DNA of 64,000 nucleotides from Akkermansiaceae bacterium (GCA_044373465.1 JBILQE010000011.1:7523-71522), one strand, 5' to 3'; counted from the stretch's first letter, positions 17,220 to 25,025 are shown. Notes: a model not told the origin generated them from the letters alone. Program-made: numbers and translations.

Positions 17220-17927
17220 TCATGTACCAGTCGCATTCTCCCACGGGAAATCGGCACCGGCAGGTGCCGGAAACCCGAGGAAATCCGCCAGGGCGGCGTA
17301 GGCGCCCGGCGCGGCAACATTGAGGACCAGCAGCTTTCCGGGCCTGCCGCGGAACTGGTCGATGACCGCCTGGTTGTGGCGGAGGTAGTTTTGTTGGTAG
17401 AGGTCCGGATCGTAGAGGTCAGCCTGGCCGGTGACGCCGTAGACGAGCGTTTGCCCGTCCCAGCTCCAGCCGGGATAGCAATAGGTGTCGCCCTTGAGGT
17501 CCTCGACGGTCGGGAGCCGGCCTTTGTTGATCCGCTTGGTGGCGAAGCGGGTCACCGAGGCGAACCACTGCGCCGGACTGTCGCGCACCGTGAGGATGAA
17601 TTTTGCCCGCGGAAACGCCGCGTCGAGAACCGCGTGGGTCCCCGGCAGGCTGAACGGGACATCCTGGAAGGCATCGTAGAACCGGCAGAACCAGAGCAGG
17701 CGCCGGAAATCCCGCGCATCCCACTGGCGCAGCATTCGTTCCGCCGGCCATTGCGGCGCCACTTGGTACCCGAACCCGGCAAGCGCCTTGGCCAGCGATG
17801 TCGTCCCGGTCTTGTTGCGCCCGACACAGAACACCGGCTCCGCGGCACCCAGCGACGCGCGCCCGCGCACCACCGCCCCGGCCAAATGCCGCGCCAGACG
17901 CAGCCAGCTGATGCTCTGGTCACTCAC
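17220..17927 (-). CDS. Sulfotransferase family protein (P-loop, Sulfotransfer_4-like)
   Basis: FCVGRNKTGTTSLAKAL is a 5'-PSB-like loop, and ILTVRDSPAQWFAS is an RDP..W..S-type 3'-PB-like block. The ORF extends to 18119, but that part reads through a repeat element. The in-frame GTG at 17927 (VSDQSISW...) is taken as the start, so the start is uncertain. Confidence 0.6.
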   Translation of the reverse strand: MSDQSISWLRLARHLAGAVVRGRASLGAAEPVFCVGRNKTGTTSLAKALAGFGYQVAPQWPAERMLRQWDARDFRRLLWFCRFYDAFQDVPFSLPGTHAVLDAAFPRAKFILTVRDSPAQWFASVTRFATKRINKGRLPTVEDLKGDTYCYPGWSWDGQTLVYGVTGQADLYDPDLYQQNYLRHNQAVIDQFRGRPGKLLVLNVAAPGAYAALADFLGFPAPAGADFPWENATGT

Positions 17928-17936
17928 GCTTTTTGT

Positions 17937-18035
17937 GGAGCGAACTTTTTGTGTAGCGAACTTTGTGAAAAGTTCGGCGGGGTCAAGCGTCTCCCGCCAG
18001 AACGCCCGAACGCGCAAGCGACCTCCCGCCTCCTC
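17937..18035 (+). repeat. REP-A element copy a (GTAGCGAAC family), forward
   Basis: gagcgaactttttgtGTAGCGAACTTTGTGAAAAGTTCGGCGGGGtcaagcgtctCCCGCCAGAACGCCCGaacgcg... shares its 5' two-thirds with copies d-g. The 3' part is divergent. Confidence 0.85.
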
Positions 18036-18149
18036 CAGTGTTGGACTTGCCGAGGGCGCAACCCGTTGGGGTAGATGATTTTTTTGGGGGGCCATTCCCA
18101 GGGTAGGCGGGTACGCCAACCCTGGGCTTCGGGGCGAAACCGCGCTGCG

Positions 18150-18258
18150 GTATCAAGGTGTCGAACATCCAACGTCGAAACGTCGGGAAGTCCTCCGCGG
18201 GTTCGGGCGTTCTGGTGGCAGGTGGTTACCCCGCCGAACTTTTCACAAAGTTCGCTAC
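18150..18258 (-). repeat. REP-A element copy b, reverse orientation
   Basis: The reverse complement begins GTAGCGAACTTTGTGAAAAGTTCGGCGGGGTAACCACCTGCCACCAGAACGCCCG. It is in 111-bp tandem with copy c. Confidence 0.9.
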
Positions 18259-18260
18259 CC

Positions 18261-18369
18261 GTATCAAGGTGTCGAACATCCAACGTCGAAACGTCGGGAA
18301 GTCCTCCGCGCGGCCGGGCGTTCTGGCGGCAGGTGCTTACCCCGCCGAACTTTTCACAAAGTTCGCTAC
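18261..18369 (-). repeat. REP-A element copy c, reverse orientation
   Basis: Near-identical to copy b. It ends 5 nt from the stop of the GT2 gene (18374). Confidence 0.9.
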
Positions 18370-18373
18370 CCAA

Positions 18374-19411
18374 TCACGCGCGGCGGTGGCTGAGCAGAGC
18401 GAGGAGCAGGCTGCGCGGCGGGATGAGGAGGATGACGGCCTGGTAGCGGAGCATCTCGAGCAGCCGGGCGGGACTGCGCCACGGATGCCGGAACGTCCCG
18501 GTGAGTGCCCGGAGGAATTCCCGGAGGTATTTTTTGCTCTGGGGAAAGTCGCCTACGCTCAGCGAGCTCGATAGCGCCCGCCAGGATGCGAAGGCGAGCC
18601 CGAGGCTGGCTTCCAGGACGGCGTCCGGGTGGATACTGTGCATGATCGCGCGGGTCGTCTTGACGAGTTCAGCGCGCCGGCCGTCGGCCGAGCGGGCGGA
18701 CCAAACGCCGCCGGGATGCTGGCGGTAGGCGCCCATGGACCCGCCGACCTGGTGCATTTCCCCGTGGCGCGACATCATCGCAAACAGAAACAAGTCGCCG
18801 GTGACCAGCGGTTCGGGCGGCAGGGGAATTGGCAGGTTGCGAAACACAATCGAGAGCGTCGGGATGAACGCCCGGCGGATCTGCGGGAAGCACTTCAGCT
18901 CGCGGGCCTGGTTGATCCGCCCGTAGGCGAGCATCTGCGATGGCGCCAACACCACCTTGTTCGCGTCAACACCGGCCACATCATGGAATGTCAGCGCCAC
19001 CTCGGGGTGCTTGCGCAGGTAGCCGACCTGCAACTCAAGCTTGCCCGGGTCTGTCCAGTAGTCGTCACCCTCGCAGGCGGCAAGGAACTCGCCGCGGGCC
19101 ATGGCGCGCAGTTGGGGGGCAATGCGGATCCCCTGGGAATACTGGTTGGTCTCCTGCAGGACGGCCCGAATGACGTCCGGATGTCTCGCTTGATACTCGC
19201 GGATGATCTCGGCGGTTGCGTCGGTCGACGCGTCGTCATGGATGATAATCTCAACGGGAAAGCTCGTCTCCTGCATCAGGAACCCTTCGATGGCGTCCCG
19301 AATGAACCCTGCGTGGTTGTACGTCGCGCAGCAGATGCTCAGCGTCGGCACCGTGCCCGCCGGCCAAGCCTGCGCGCGCACGGGCAGCGGATCGGGGGCG
19401 GCGCTCATCAT
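18374..19411 (-). CDS. Glycosyltransferase family 2
   Basis: LSICCATYNHAGFIRDAIEGFLMQETSFPVEIIIHDDASTD is a classic GT2 N-terminal Rossmann block with the DxD region. 345 aa; 4-nt overlap with the downstream GNAT gene. Confidence 0.85.
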   Translation of the reverse strand: MMSAAPDPLPVRAQAWPAGTVPTLSICCATYNHAGFIRDAIEGFLMQETSFPVEIIIHDDASTDATAEIIREYQARHPDVIRAVLQETNQYSQGIRIAPQLRAMARGEFLAACEGDDYWTDPGKLELQVGYLRKHPEVALTFHDVAGVDANKVVLAPSQMLAYGRINQARELKCFPQIRRAFIPTLSIVFRNLPIPLPPEPLVTGDLFLFAMMSRHGEMHQVGGSMGAYRQHPGGVWSARSADGRRAELVKTTRAIMHSIHPDAVLEASLGLAFASWRALSSSLSVGDFPQSKKYLREFLRALTGTFRHPWRSPARLLEMLRYQAVILLIPPRSLLLALLSHRRA

Positions 19412-19998
19412 TCTTCCGGGTCGACAACCTTCAGATAGGGCTCAAAGGCGCCGCGCTGGGCGTCAAACTCGCAGCGCAGCACGCTCATGACGATCACGTC
19501 GTGGAACTTCCCATGCGCAAAAATCTCACTGCGCAACACCCCGTCGCGGGTTGCGCCGAGCCGCTTCGCAATCCTCAGCGGCAGGGGGTTGTCTTTCCGG
19601 ATCTTGGTGTAAATCTTGTTGAGGTTCAGCGCTTGGTGGAGGTGGTCAAGCGCCACGACAACGGCTTCAAAACCGTGGCTAAGTCCCGCGGGCTCACCTA
19701 TGCCGATGTAAACTTCCGCCTTGGCGTTGGGCACATCAATATCGCGGAAGCCAACGTAGCCGACTGGCTGGCAATTTTCTTGAGTGTGGATGATCAGATC
19801 CAGCCGGGTCGGGTCATTGGCGAGCTTTTCGGTCCACAGACGGGTGGATTCCTCGGAGATCGCTGCGGGCAGGTTGAGCTTCCGCCCGATCTCCTCGGAG
19901 TTCATCCAGCGGGTGCGGATGGCGACAAACTCCTCGGCCATCGGGACCAGGAAAATGTGCCTTCCCTCGATGAAATTCGTTCCTGGACTGAGCATCAT
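19408..19998 (-). CDS. GNAT family N-acetyltransferase (RimJ/RimL-like)
   Basis: 196 aa. ...VGYVGFRDID..AEVYIGIGEPAGLSHGFEAVVVALDHLHQALNLNKIYTKIRKDNPLPLRIAKRLG... is a GNAT fold pattern. Confidence 0.75.
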   Translation of the reverse strand: MMLSPGTNFIEGRHIFLVPMAEEFVAIRTRWMNSEEIGRKLNLPAAISEESTRLWTEKLANDPTRLDLIIHTQENCQPVGYVGFRDIDVPNAKAEVYIGIGEPAGLSHGFEAVVVALDHLHQALNLNKIYTKIRKDNPLPLRIAKRLGATRDGVLRSEIFAHGKFHDVIVMSVLRCEFDAQRGAFEPYLKVVDPEE

Positions 19999-19999
19999 T

Positions 20000-21205
20000 T
20001 CAATCGGCTTCCGTCGCCGGCACTCGCTCGACTGACTGCGGGCGACTCAAGCAAAGATCGGCAAAGTGGGCAATCCTCTCGCAGACACGGACAACATCCT
20101 CGGTGCTCACCGCGGTGCCGGTTGGCAGCACCAGCACTTGCTGGCAGAGCTTGTCAGTCGCCGGCAGCGTGGGAGCCGTCGCCTGGCGTGAGACATACGG
20201 TTCCATCCGGTGGCAGCCGGGGAAGAAATACCGGCGGACAAAGATATCCTCCGCATGCAGCGCCGCCATCAGCTCGTCGCGGTTGAAGCCCGCTTCCGCG
20301 GCGTCAATCTCGAGGATCACGTACTGCTGGTTGCTCTCGCCAATCCCCTCGTAGGCATAAACTCTCACGCCGGCCAAGGCGCCCAGCCGGCTCTGGTAGT
20401 GGCTGAAATTCCGCCGGTTGGCTGCCGTGATGGCATCCAAGCCGGCAAAGCACGCCAGCCCCATGGCGGCGTGGATCTCGGACATTTTCGCGTTGGTCCC
20501 AAGGTCCTCGACGCAGTCAAACCCGCTGAAGCCAAAGTTGATCATCAGCCGGATCCGCGCCGCGAGCGCATCGTCGTTGGTCGCGATCGCCCCGCCTTCC
20601 GCGGTGTTGAAAAACTTCGTCGCGTGAAAACTGAACACCTCGCAGCGGCCAAAATTGCCGATCATCTTCCCCCCGTGGCGACAGCCAAACGCATGCGCCG
20701 CATCAAAATACAGCTCCAACCCGTGGCGCTGCGCAATTTCCTCGAGCCGCTCCGGATGGCACCCGCGGCCCCACGTGTGGACCCCGAGAATCGCGCTCGT
20801 CCGTGGCCCGATCAGGCGCTCGACCGCCTCCGGATCCAGTAGATGAGTCACCGGATCAATCTCGCAAAATACCGGCTCCACACCCTGCCAGCGCACCGAG
20901 TGCGCCGTGGCCACAAACGTGAAGGCCGGCATGATCACCTCCCCGGTTAGCTCCAGCGCCTGGCATACCACCTGCAATCCCAGCGTCGCATTGGCCACCG
21001 GAATGCAGTGGCGCACCCCGAGGTACCCGCACAGTTCCGCCTCGAGTTGTTGGACCAACGGCCCGTTGTTGGTTAGCCAGCGCCGCGCAAACATCCCGTC
21101 AACCAGCGCATCAAACACCGCACGCTCACCCAGGTTCGGCCGCCCAACAAATAGCGGGCTTCCGCGCTCAGGCACTGGCGCAACTGGCTTGATCACTTGA
21201 CTCAT
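20000..21205 (-). CDS. DegT/DnrJ/EryC1/StrS-family PLP-dependent sugar aminotransferase
   Basis: FSFHATKFFNTAEGGAI is the PLP-lysine block, with family-typical blocks throughout. The ORF extends to a GTG at 21265 (GTGA overlap with the upstream stop). I prefer the ATG at 21205 because 21228-21252 is a copy of a short hairpin repeat that is otherwise intergenic. Confidence 0.85.
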   Translation of the reverse strand: MSQVIKPVAPVPERGSPLFVGRPNLGERAVFDALVDGMFARRWLTNNGPLVQQLEAELCGYLGVRHCIPVANATLGLQVVCQALELTGEVIMPAFTFVATAHSVRWQGVEPVFCEIDPVTHLLDPEAVERLIGPRTSAILGVHTWGRGCHPERLEEIAQRHGLELYFDAAHAFGCRHGGKMIGNFGRCEVFSFHATKFFNTAEGGAIATNDDALAARIRLMINFGFSGFDCVEDLGTNAKMSEIHAAMGLACFAGLDAITAANRRNFSHYQSRLGALAGVRVYAYEGIGESNQQYVILEIDAAEAGFNRDELMAALHAEDIFVRRYFFPGCHRMEPYVSRQATAPTLPATDKLCQQVLVLPTGTAVSTEDVVRVCERIAHFADLCLSRPQSVERVPATEAD

Positions 21206-21261
21206 TGGACGCGTTCGATCTTGGGCTGGCCGAGCTGGGGCTCGGCGTTCCGTTCCGTCTG

Positions 21262-22221
21262 TCACCCCAGCCGGAGGACGATGTCTTTGTAGCCGCTAAC
21301 TCCGATGGCCGGCTGCAGCCACTCTGGGGCGACGGGTTCTCCGCGCGCCCAGGCGACGAGTGCGGCGGGCACGTTGGCGCCGGCCAGATGTTGGAATGGA
21401 TAGTCGCCGGTGAAGCGCGGGTTGATATCGAGAACGTAACAAACGTCGTTGGACACGATCATATCGATCCCCCAGATGCCCGCATGGTTGGTTAGCCCGG
21501 CGAGCTTGGCGGCAAGCGCGGCGAACTGCTGCGGGTCGACGGTGGTGGCGCGGTCCGACTCGCCGGCGCGCATTGAATCAACCCTGCAGGCAAAGGTCGC
21601 CCTTGGAACCCCGGCGAGATCGTTGACCAGGTTGAGCCGGAATTCGGTACCGACGACAAATTCCTGGAAAATCCGCGGCGCCTCGGCCGCTCGATCTGCC
21701 GCCCCCCAGCACTCAAGCTCCTGCCTGCTCCGGCAGACCCGCAGCCCACCTGAGCCAAACCCGCTGCGCTCCTTGATGACGATTGGCAAGCGGATCTCCC
21801 CGGAGTCAAGCGCGGCTAGCGTCTCGCTCAGCGATGGACTCGTCCACGGGCTGCTTATCCCGTGGCTGCGCAAAAATTGCTGGCACTCTAACTTGTCGAG
21901 GCAGCGTTGCGCCCAGCGCGCGTCCGGCAGGGTGCTCGCGGCGCGGGCAAACCCGCCGCCGAACTGCGCGAGCACCGTGGTGTCCAGGTCATGGAGCGAG
22001 CAGAGCAGGCCGATCTCATGGGTCGCGCAGATCTGCGCGATGCTTTCCGCGTATCCCGCGCTCGCCACCGGCGCGACCACCAAGGCCACGTCGGCCACCT
22101 GCATTCCGGCCGCCTGCGCATGGCTGTTAGTGACCACCACCTGGCCGGTCCCGCCGAGCGCCTGGCGAAAGTAGTCAACCAGATAGGCGCGGCGTCCGAC
22201 GCATGTTAGCAACACGTTCAT
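21262..22221 (-). CDS. ATP-grasp domain enzyme (carboxylate-amine ligase type)
   Basis: 319 aa. MNVLLTCVGRRAYLVDYF... is a pre-ATP-grasp region, then ...LPIVIKERSGFGSGGLRV...FQEFVVGTEF...WGIDMIVSNDVCYVLDINPRFTG, an ATP-grasp pattern. Confidence 0.75.
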   Translation of the reverse strand: MNVLLTCVGRRAYLVDYFRQALGGTGQVVVTNSHAQAAGMQVADVALVVAPVASAGYAESIAQICATHEIGLLCSLHDLDTTVLAQFGGGFARAASTLPDARWAQRCLDKLECQQFLRSHGISSPWTSPSLSETLAALDSGEIRLPIVIKERSGFGSGGLRVCRSRQELECWGAADRAAEAPRIFQEFVVGTEFRLNLVNDLAGVPRATFACRVDSMRAGESDRATTVDPQQFAALAAKLAGLTNHAGIWGIDMIVSNDVCYVLDINPRFTGDYPFQHLAGANVPAALVAWARGEPVAPEWLQPAIGVSGYKDIVLRLG

Positions 22222-22241
22222 TCGCGGTCGGAGGAAGAAGG

Positions 22242-22382
22242 ATTGACCGCGGAGAAGCGGAGGCAGCGGAGAGACGCGGAGGACAGCCGGAATAAGGAAT
22301 CAGCGCATCAGGCACTGGTGCTCATTTTGAAGCTAATCTTAAGATTCTTCTCCGCGTCCCTCCGCTTCTCCGTTTCTCCGTG
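22242..22382. repeat. REP-B element copy A (CGGAGAAGCGGAGG hairpin family)
   Basis: Arms 22248-22285 (cggagaagcggaggcagcggagagacgcggagga) and 22347-22380 (cttctccgcgtccctccgcttctccg...) are mutually complementary. 22242-22286 is the exact reverse complement of 23330-23374. Confidence 0.85.
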
Positions 22383-22402
22383 GTAAGTACCATCATCGCC
22401 CA

Positions 22403-23125
22403 TTAGACCGGCGACTCCCTCGGAAGTTCCAGTTGGCCGGCGAGCACGTGGGACCGCGCTTCGGCCCGGGACGCGCGCATGATGAGGTCGAGGATCGAGA
22501 GGCTGGGGATGAACTCGGCGCTGGCCTGCGGATAGGGACGCAGGACGGGATCGACAAACCTCAATGTTAGTCCGTTCTGCGCAAATTCCGCATGCCTATA
22601 CAGGTGGCGCCCGCCGCCGGAGTTGACATAGGTGGTTGCCCGTTCCTGGCGGCAGATATCAAACAACCGGGCGGTCCCGCGGAGGTGGGCGTTGGCGTAG
22701 CCGGTCGAGGTTTCCACAATCTCGACCGGGAGCCGGAGCCAGCGGCAGATTTCGCGGATGCTCCGCGCGTTGATCGCCGAGATCGGCGCGTCCGGGTCGC
22801 TGAGCCACTCGCCCAACATCGGGAAGATCTCCGCGAAGTTGCGCGCATCGTGGTACCCGTGGGTCACTGTCTTGAGAAACCTCCGCCGCCACGCCCGGAA
22901 CCCGTCCGCCGGGCGAAACTCGTGGATCCTCGCGGTGTGCGGGTGGCGTCGCAGCGGAATCGAAAACTCGTGGCGCTCCCCGCCCATCAGGACCGTGTTG
23001 CTCGCGATCCACCCGCCTTTGATGAACTGCACATCGTCGGCCAAGACCATCTTGTCCACCGCCGCGAGCAACTGGAAATACCCCAGATACGGGAGGAAAT
23101 ACGGCTGCATGATCCCGAGGCGCAT
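22403..23125 (-). CDS. WbqC-like family protein
   Basis: ORF 22403..23215 trimmed to the ATG at 23125. MRLGIMQPYFLPYLGYFQLLAAVDKMVLADDVQFIKGGWI.N... is the characteristic WbqC-family N-terminus as I recall it. Confidence 0.75.
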   Translation of the reverse strand: MRLGIMQPYFLPYLGYFQLLAAVDKMVLADDVQFIKGGWIASNTVLMGGERHEFSIPLRRHPHTARIHEFRPADGFRAWRRRFLKTVTHGYHDARNFAEIFPMLGEWLSDPDAPISAINARSIREICRWLRLPVEIVETSTGYANAHLRGTARLFDICRQERATTYVNSGGGRHLYRHAEFAQNGLTLRFVDPVLRPYPQASAEFIPSLSILDLIMRASRAEARSHVLAGQLELPRESPV

Positions 23126-23129
23126 TGCC

Positions 23130-23482
23130 GAGGAGGGAGTCGAAGGTCGGGGGGCGGCCGGTAGGGCGATGCGTCTCCGCAGCGCCCGCGCATGAAGCCG
23201 CCGATGCTTATGCAATGAACGGACGGCAGACTTCCCATGGGCATCCCATCCTCACCCCATGCGCCGGGCGTCGGGACCCACCGAGAAGCGGAGAAAAATC
23301 CAGGTTTCGCTTTAGAATGAGAACAAGCGCTGTCCTCCGCGTCTCTCCGCTGCCTCCGCTTCTCCGCGGTCAATCCGTCAGGTCGAAGGGATCATTGAGG
23401 AGGCTTCGCGCGCGAGCAATGGCGGTTCATTCGTGGGCGCTGCGGAGACGCATCGCCCTACCGGGCCTTCGACTCCTCCCTC
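23130..23482. mobile_element. 353-bp inverted-repeat-bounded, MITE-like intergenic element (no ORF)
   Basis: The left arm 23130-23187 (gaggagggagtcgaaggtcggggggcggccggtagggcgatgcgtctccgcagcgccc) is the imperfect reverse complement of the right arm 23435-23482. The interior contains REP-B copy B (about 23281-23374). It fills the whole wbqC/LbH intergenic gap. Confidence 0.45.
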
Positions 23483-24152
23483 ACTCGCCAATCTCGCGAA
23501 TGACCTTGCACGGGTTGCCGAAGGCGAGCACCCCCGGGGGAATGTCGCGGGTCACGACGCTGCCGCCGCCGATGATGCTGTTGGCGCCGATTTTGATGTT
23601 GTCGAAAACCACCGCGCCGATGCCGAGTTGGACCGCCTCGCCGAGGTCGCACTGGCCGGCGACATGGGCGCCCGGGTTGACCGAGACGAAGCGTCCGAGG
23701 CGCGTGTGGTGGCCGATGGTGCACCCGCGGTTAAGGGTGACGCCGAAGCCGATCTCGGCAAACGCCGAGACGACCACCCCGGGTTCGAAATAACTTCCGC
23801 GTCCGACCCGCGCACTCGAGGCAATGAACGAGTGCGGCGACACCAGCGTCCCAAAGTCATCCTCGCCCAACGGCTGCGCCGCCGCAAAAAGCTCCAGCAC
23901 CGTCCGCTTCCCGCCCGGCTTCGCCAGCGCAAACCCAAGCCGGTCGCCCCCGCGGGCAAACGTCCAGTCCGCCAGCGCGACCCGCTCGTACCTAACTGCC
24001 GGATGGGCGAACGCCACCTCGTCGCGCGCCGGGATGTTCTCGATGATCCTAACAGGCCCGGCGGCTTTGTTGGCCGCGAGGGTCTCAAAGATCAGAGCCA
24101 GAATGTTCCCGCTGAACCCCAGGAACACGTTCGGTGTTGTAGTATCCTCCAT
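23481..24152 (-). CDS. NeuD/PglD-type hexapeptide (LbH) sugar N-acyltransferase
   Basis: The N-terminal Rossmann-like ...NVFLGFSGNILALIFETL is followed by LbH repeats ...IGHHTRLGRFVSVNPGAHVAGQCDLGEAVQLGIGAVVFDNIKIGANSIIGGGSVVTRDIPPGVLAFGNPCKVI. ATG at 24150-24152 (a TTG at 24158 is also possible). Confidence 0.8.
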   Translation of the reverse strand: MEDTTTPNVFLGFSGNILALIFETLAANKAAGPVRIIENIPARDEVAFAHPAVRYERVALADWTFARGGDRLGFALAKPGGKRTVLELFAAAQPLGEDDFGTLVSPHSFIASSARVGRGSYFEPGVVVSAFAEIGFGVTLNRGCTIGHHTRLGRFVSVNPGAHVAGQCDLGEAVQLGIGAVVFDNIKIGANSIIGGGSVVTRDIPPGVLAFGNPCKVIREIGE

Positions 24153-24954
24153 TGCCAAATTCCTTTGCGGTTAGAAGCGGCCGCTCGTGGAGCTTGCGCA
24201 GCTGGTGGACCCGCTCCAACAGCGCGAGGTTGGTGGCGAGGCGGGTCCGGCGGGCGTCCAACCAGAGGTTGTCCTCGAGGCCGACGCGGACGCCGAGGCC
24301 GAGGGCGACGGCGACGCTGTTGACCCGCCACTGGAACCGGCCGATGCCGCCGAGGGCGACGGTTGCGCCGGCGGGGAGCGCCTGGGTGAGCGCGGCGATT
24401 TCCTGGACGTTGGCCTGGGCGCCGGCAACGTTGCCAAAGATCAGGTTCCAGTAGCTGGGGCCGGTGAGGATCCCCTTGCCGAGCAGATATTTCCCGTAGT
24501 TGACCATCCCCAGGTCAAAGCACTCGAGCTCAGGGTGGACGCCAAACGCGCGCATCTTTGCGGCGAGCGTCTGGATCGTCTGCGGCGCGTTGAGCGACGC
24601 CTGGGTGGGAAAATTCAGCGACCCGAGCGTCAGCGAGCACATGTCCGGGCGCAGCTCGATGACCGCGCCGCGCCGCTCGACGTCCTGGACATCGCGCCCC
24701 GACGTGCTCGCGCAGATGACCAGCTCCGGGCAATGGCGCCGGACGCCGGCAAAGATCTCGGCATAGACATCCGGTTTCCAGGTCGGCGCGCCGGCGGCGT
24801 CGCGCGCGTGAAGGTGGGCGATGGTGATCCCGAGCTCATTGGCCTGGTGGACCTGTTCGATGATCTCCTGCGGATGGACCGGCACATGCGCCGACTCATC
24901 TTTCCCGGGGACCATCCCGGTCGGACAAAAGTTGATGAGCAGCGGGGGATTCAT
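24085..24954 (-). CDS. BKACE family enzyme (3-keto-5-aminohexanoate cleavage enzyme-like, DUF849)
   Basis: ORF 24085..25143 trimmed to the ATG at 24954. MNPPLLINFCPTGMVPGK...HVPVHPQEIIEQVHQANELGITIAHLHARD...PELECFDLGM...GVRVGLEDNLWL... is colinear with the BKACE family, including the HxH and GLEDN blocks. The 3' end overlaps the next gene by 68 nt. Confidence 0.85.
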   Translation of the reverse strand: MNPPLLINFCPTGMVPGKDESAHVPVHPQEIIEQVHQANELGITIAHLHARDAAGAPTWKPDVYAEIFAGVRRHCPELVICASTSGRDVQDVERRGAVIELRPDMCSLTLGSLNFPTQASLNAPQTIQTLAAKMRAFGVHPELECFDLGMVNYGKYLLGKGILTGPSYWNLIFGNVAGAQANVQEIAALTQALPAGATVALGGIGRFQWRVNSVAVALGLGVRVGLEDNLWLDARRTRLATNLALLERVHQLRKLHERPLLTAKEFGNGGYYNTERVPGVQREHSGSDL

Positions 24955-25025
24955 GGGGAAAAGTGAGCAGTGAGCAGACCGGTCTGATGAAGCAGTGGGA
25001 AGTGGGTAGATCCGATCAATCAAAA

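Noticed and set aside
16002-17927. Idea that the HprK-like kinase plus sulfotransferase mark a lasso-peptide/RiPP cluster. HprK-like kinases are known to phosphorylate some lasso peptide precursors.
   Set aside because: No lasso cyclase (asparagine-synthetase-like), leader peptidase (transglutaminase-like), RiPP recognition element protein or plausible precursor peptide is present within the surrounding 10 kb. Everything nearby is glycan biosynthesis.
18150-18369. Possible CRISPR array, because of tandem repeated units.
   Set aside because: There are only two 111-bp units in direct tandem with no unique spacers between them, and no cas genes. The unit belongs to the dispersed REP-A family.
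17924-18373. 149-aa ORF with the repeated peptide ...[10 protein letters not shown](S/T)TC(R/H)QNAR.RGGLPDVSTLDVRHLDT..., plus similar ELCEKFGG / ELREKFGG peptides in ORFs 25855..26070 and 48793..49002.
   Set aside because: These are simply translations of REP-A nucleotide repeats. The conservation is at the DNA level, including hairpin stems. Copies occur in both orientations and overlap stop codons of real genes. There is no start context or family.
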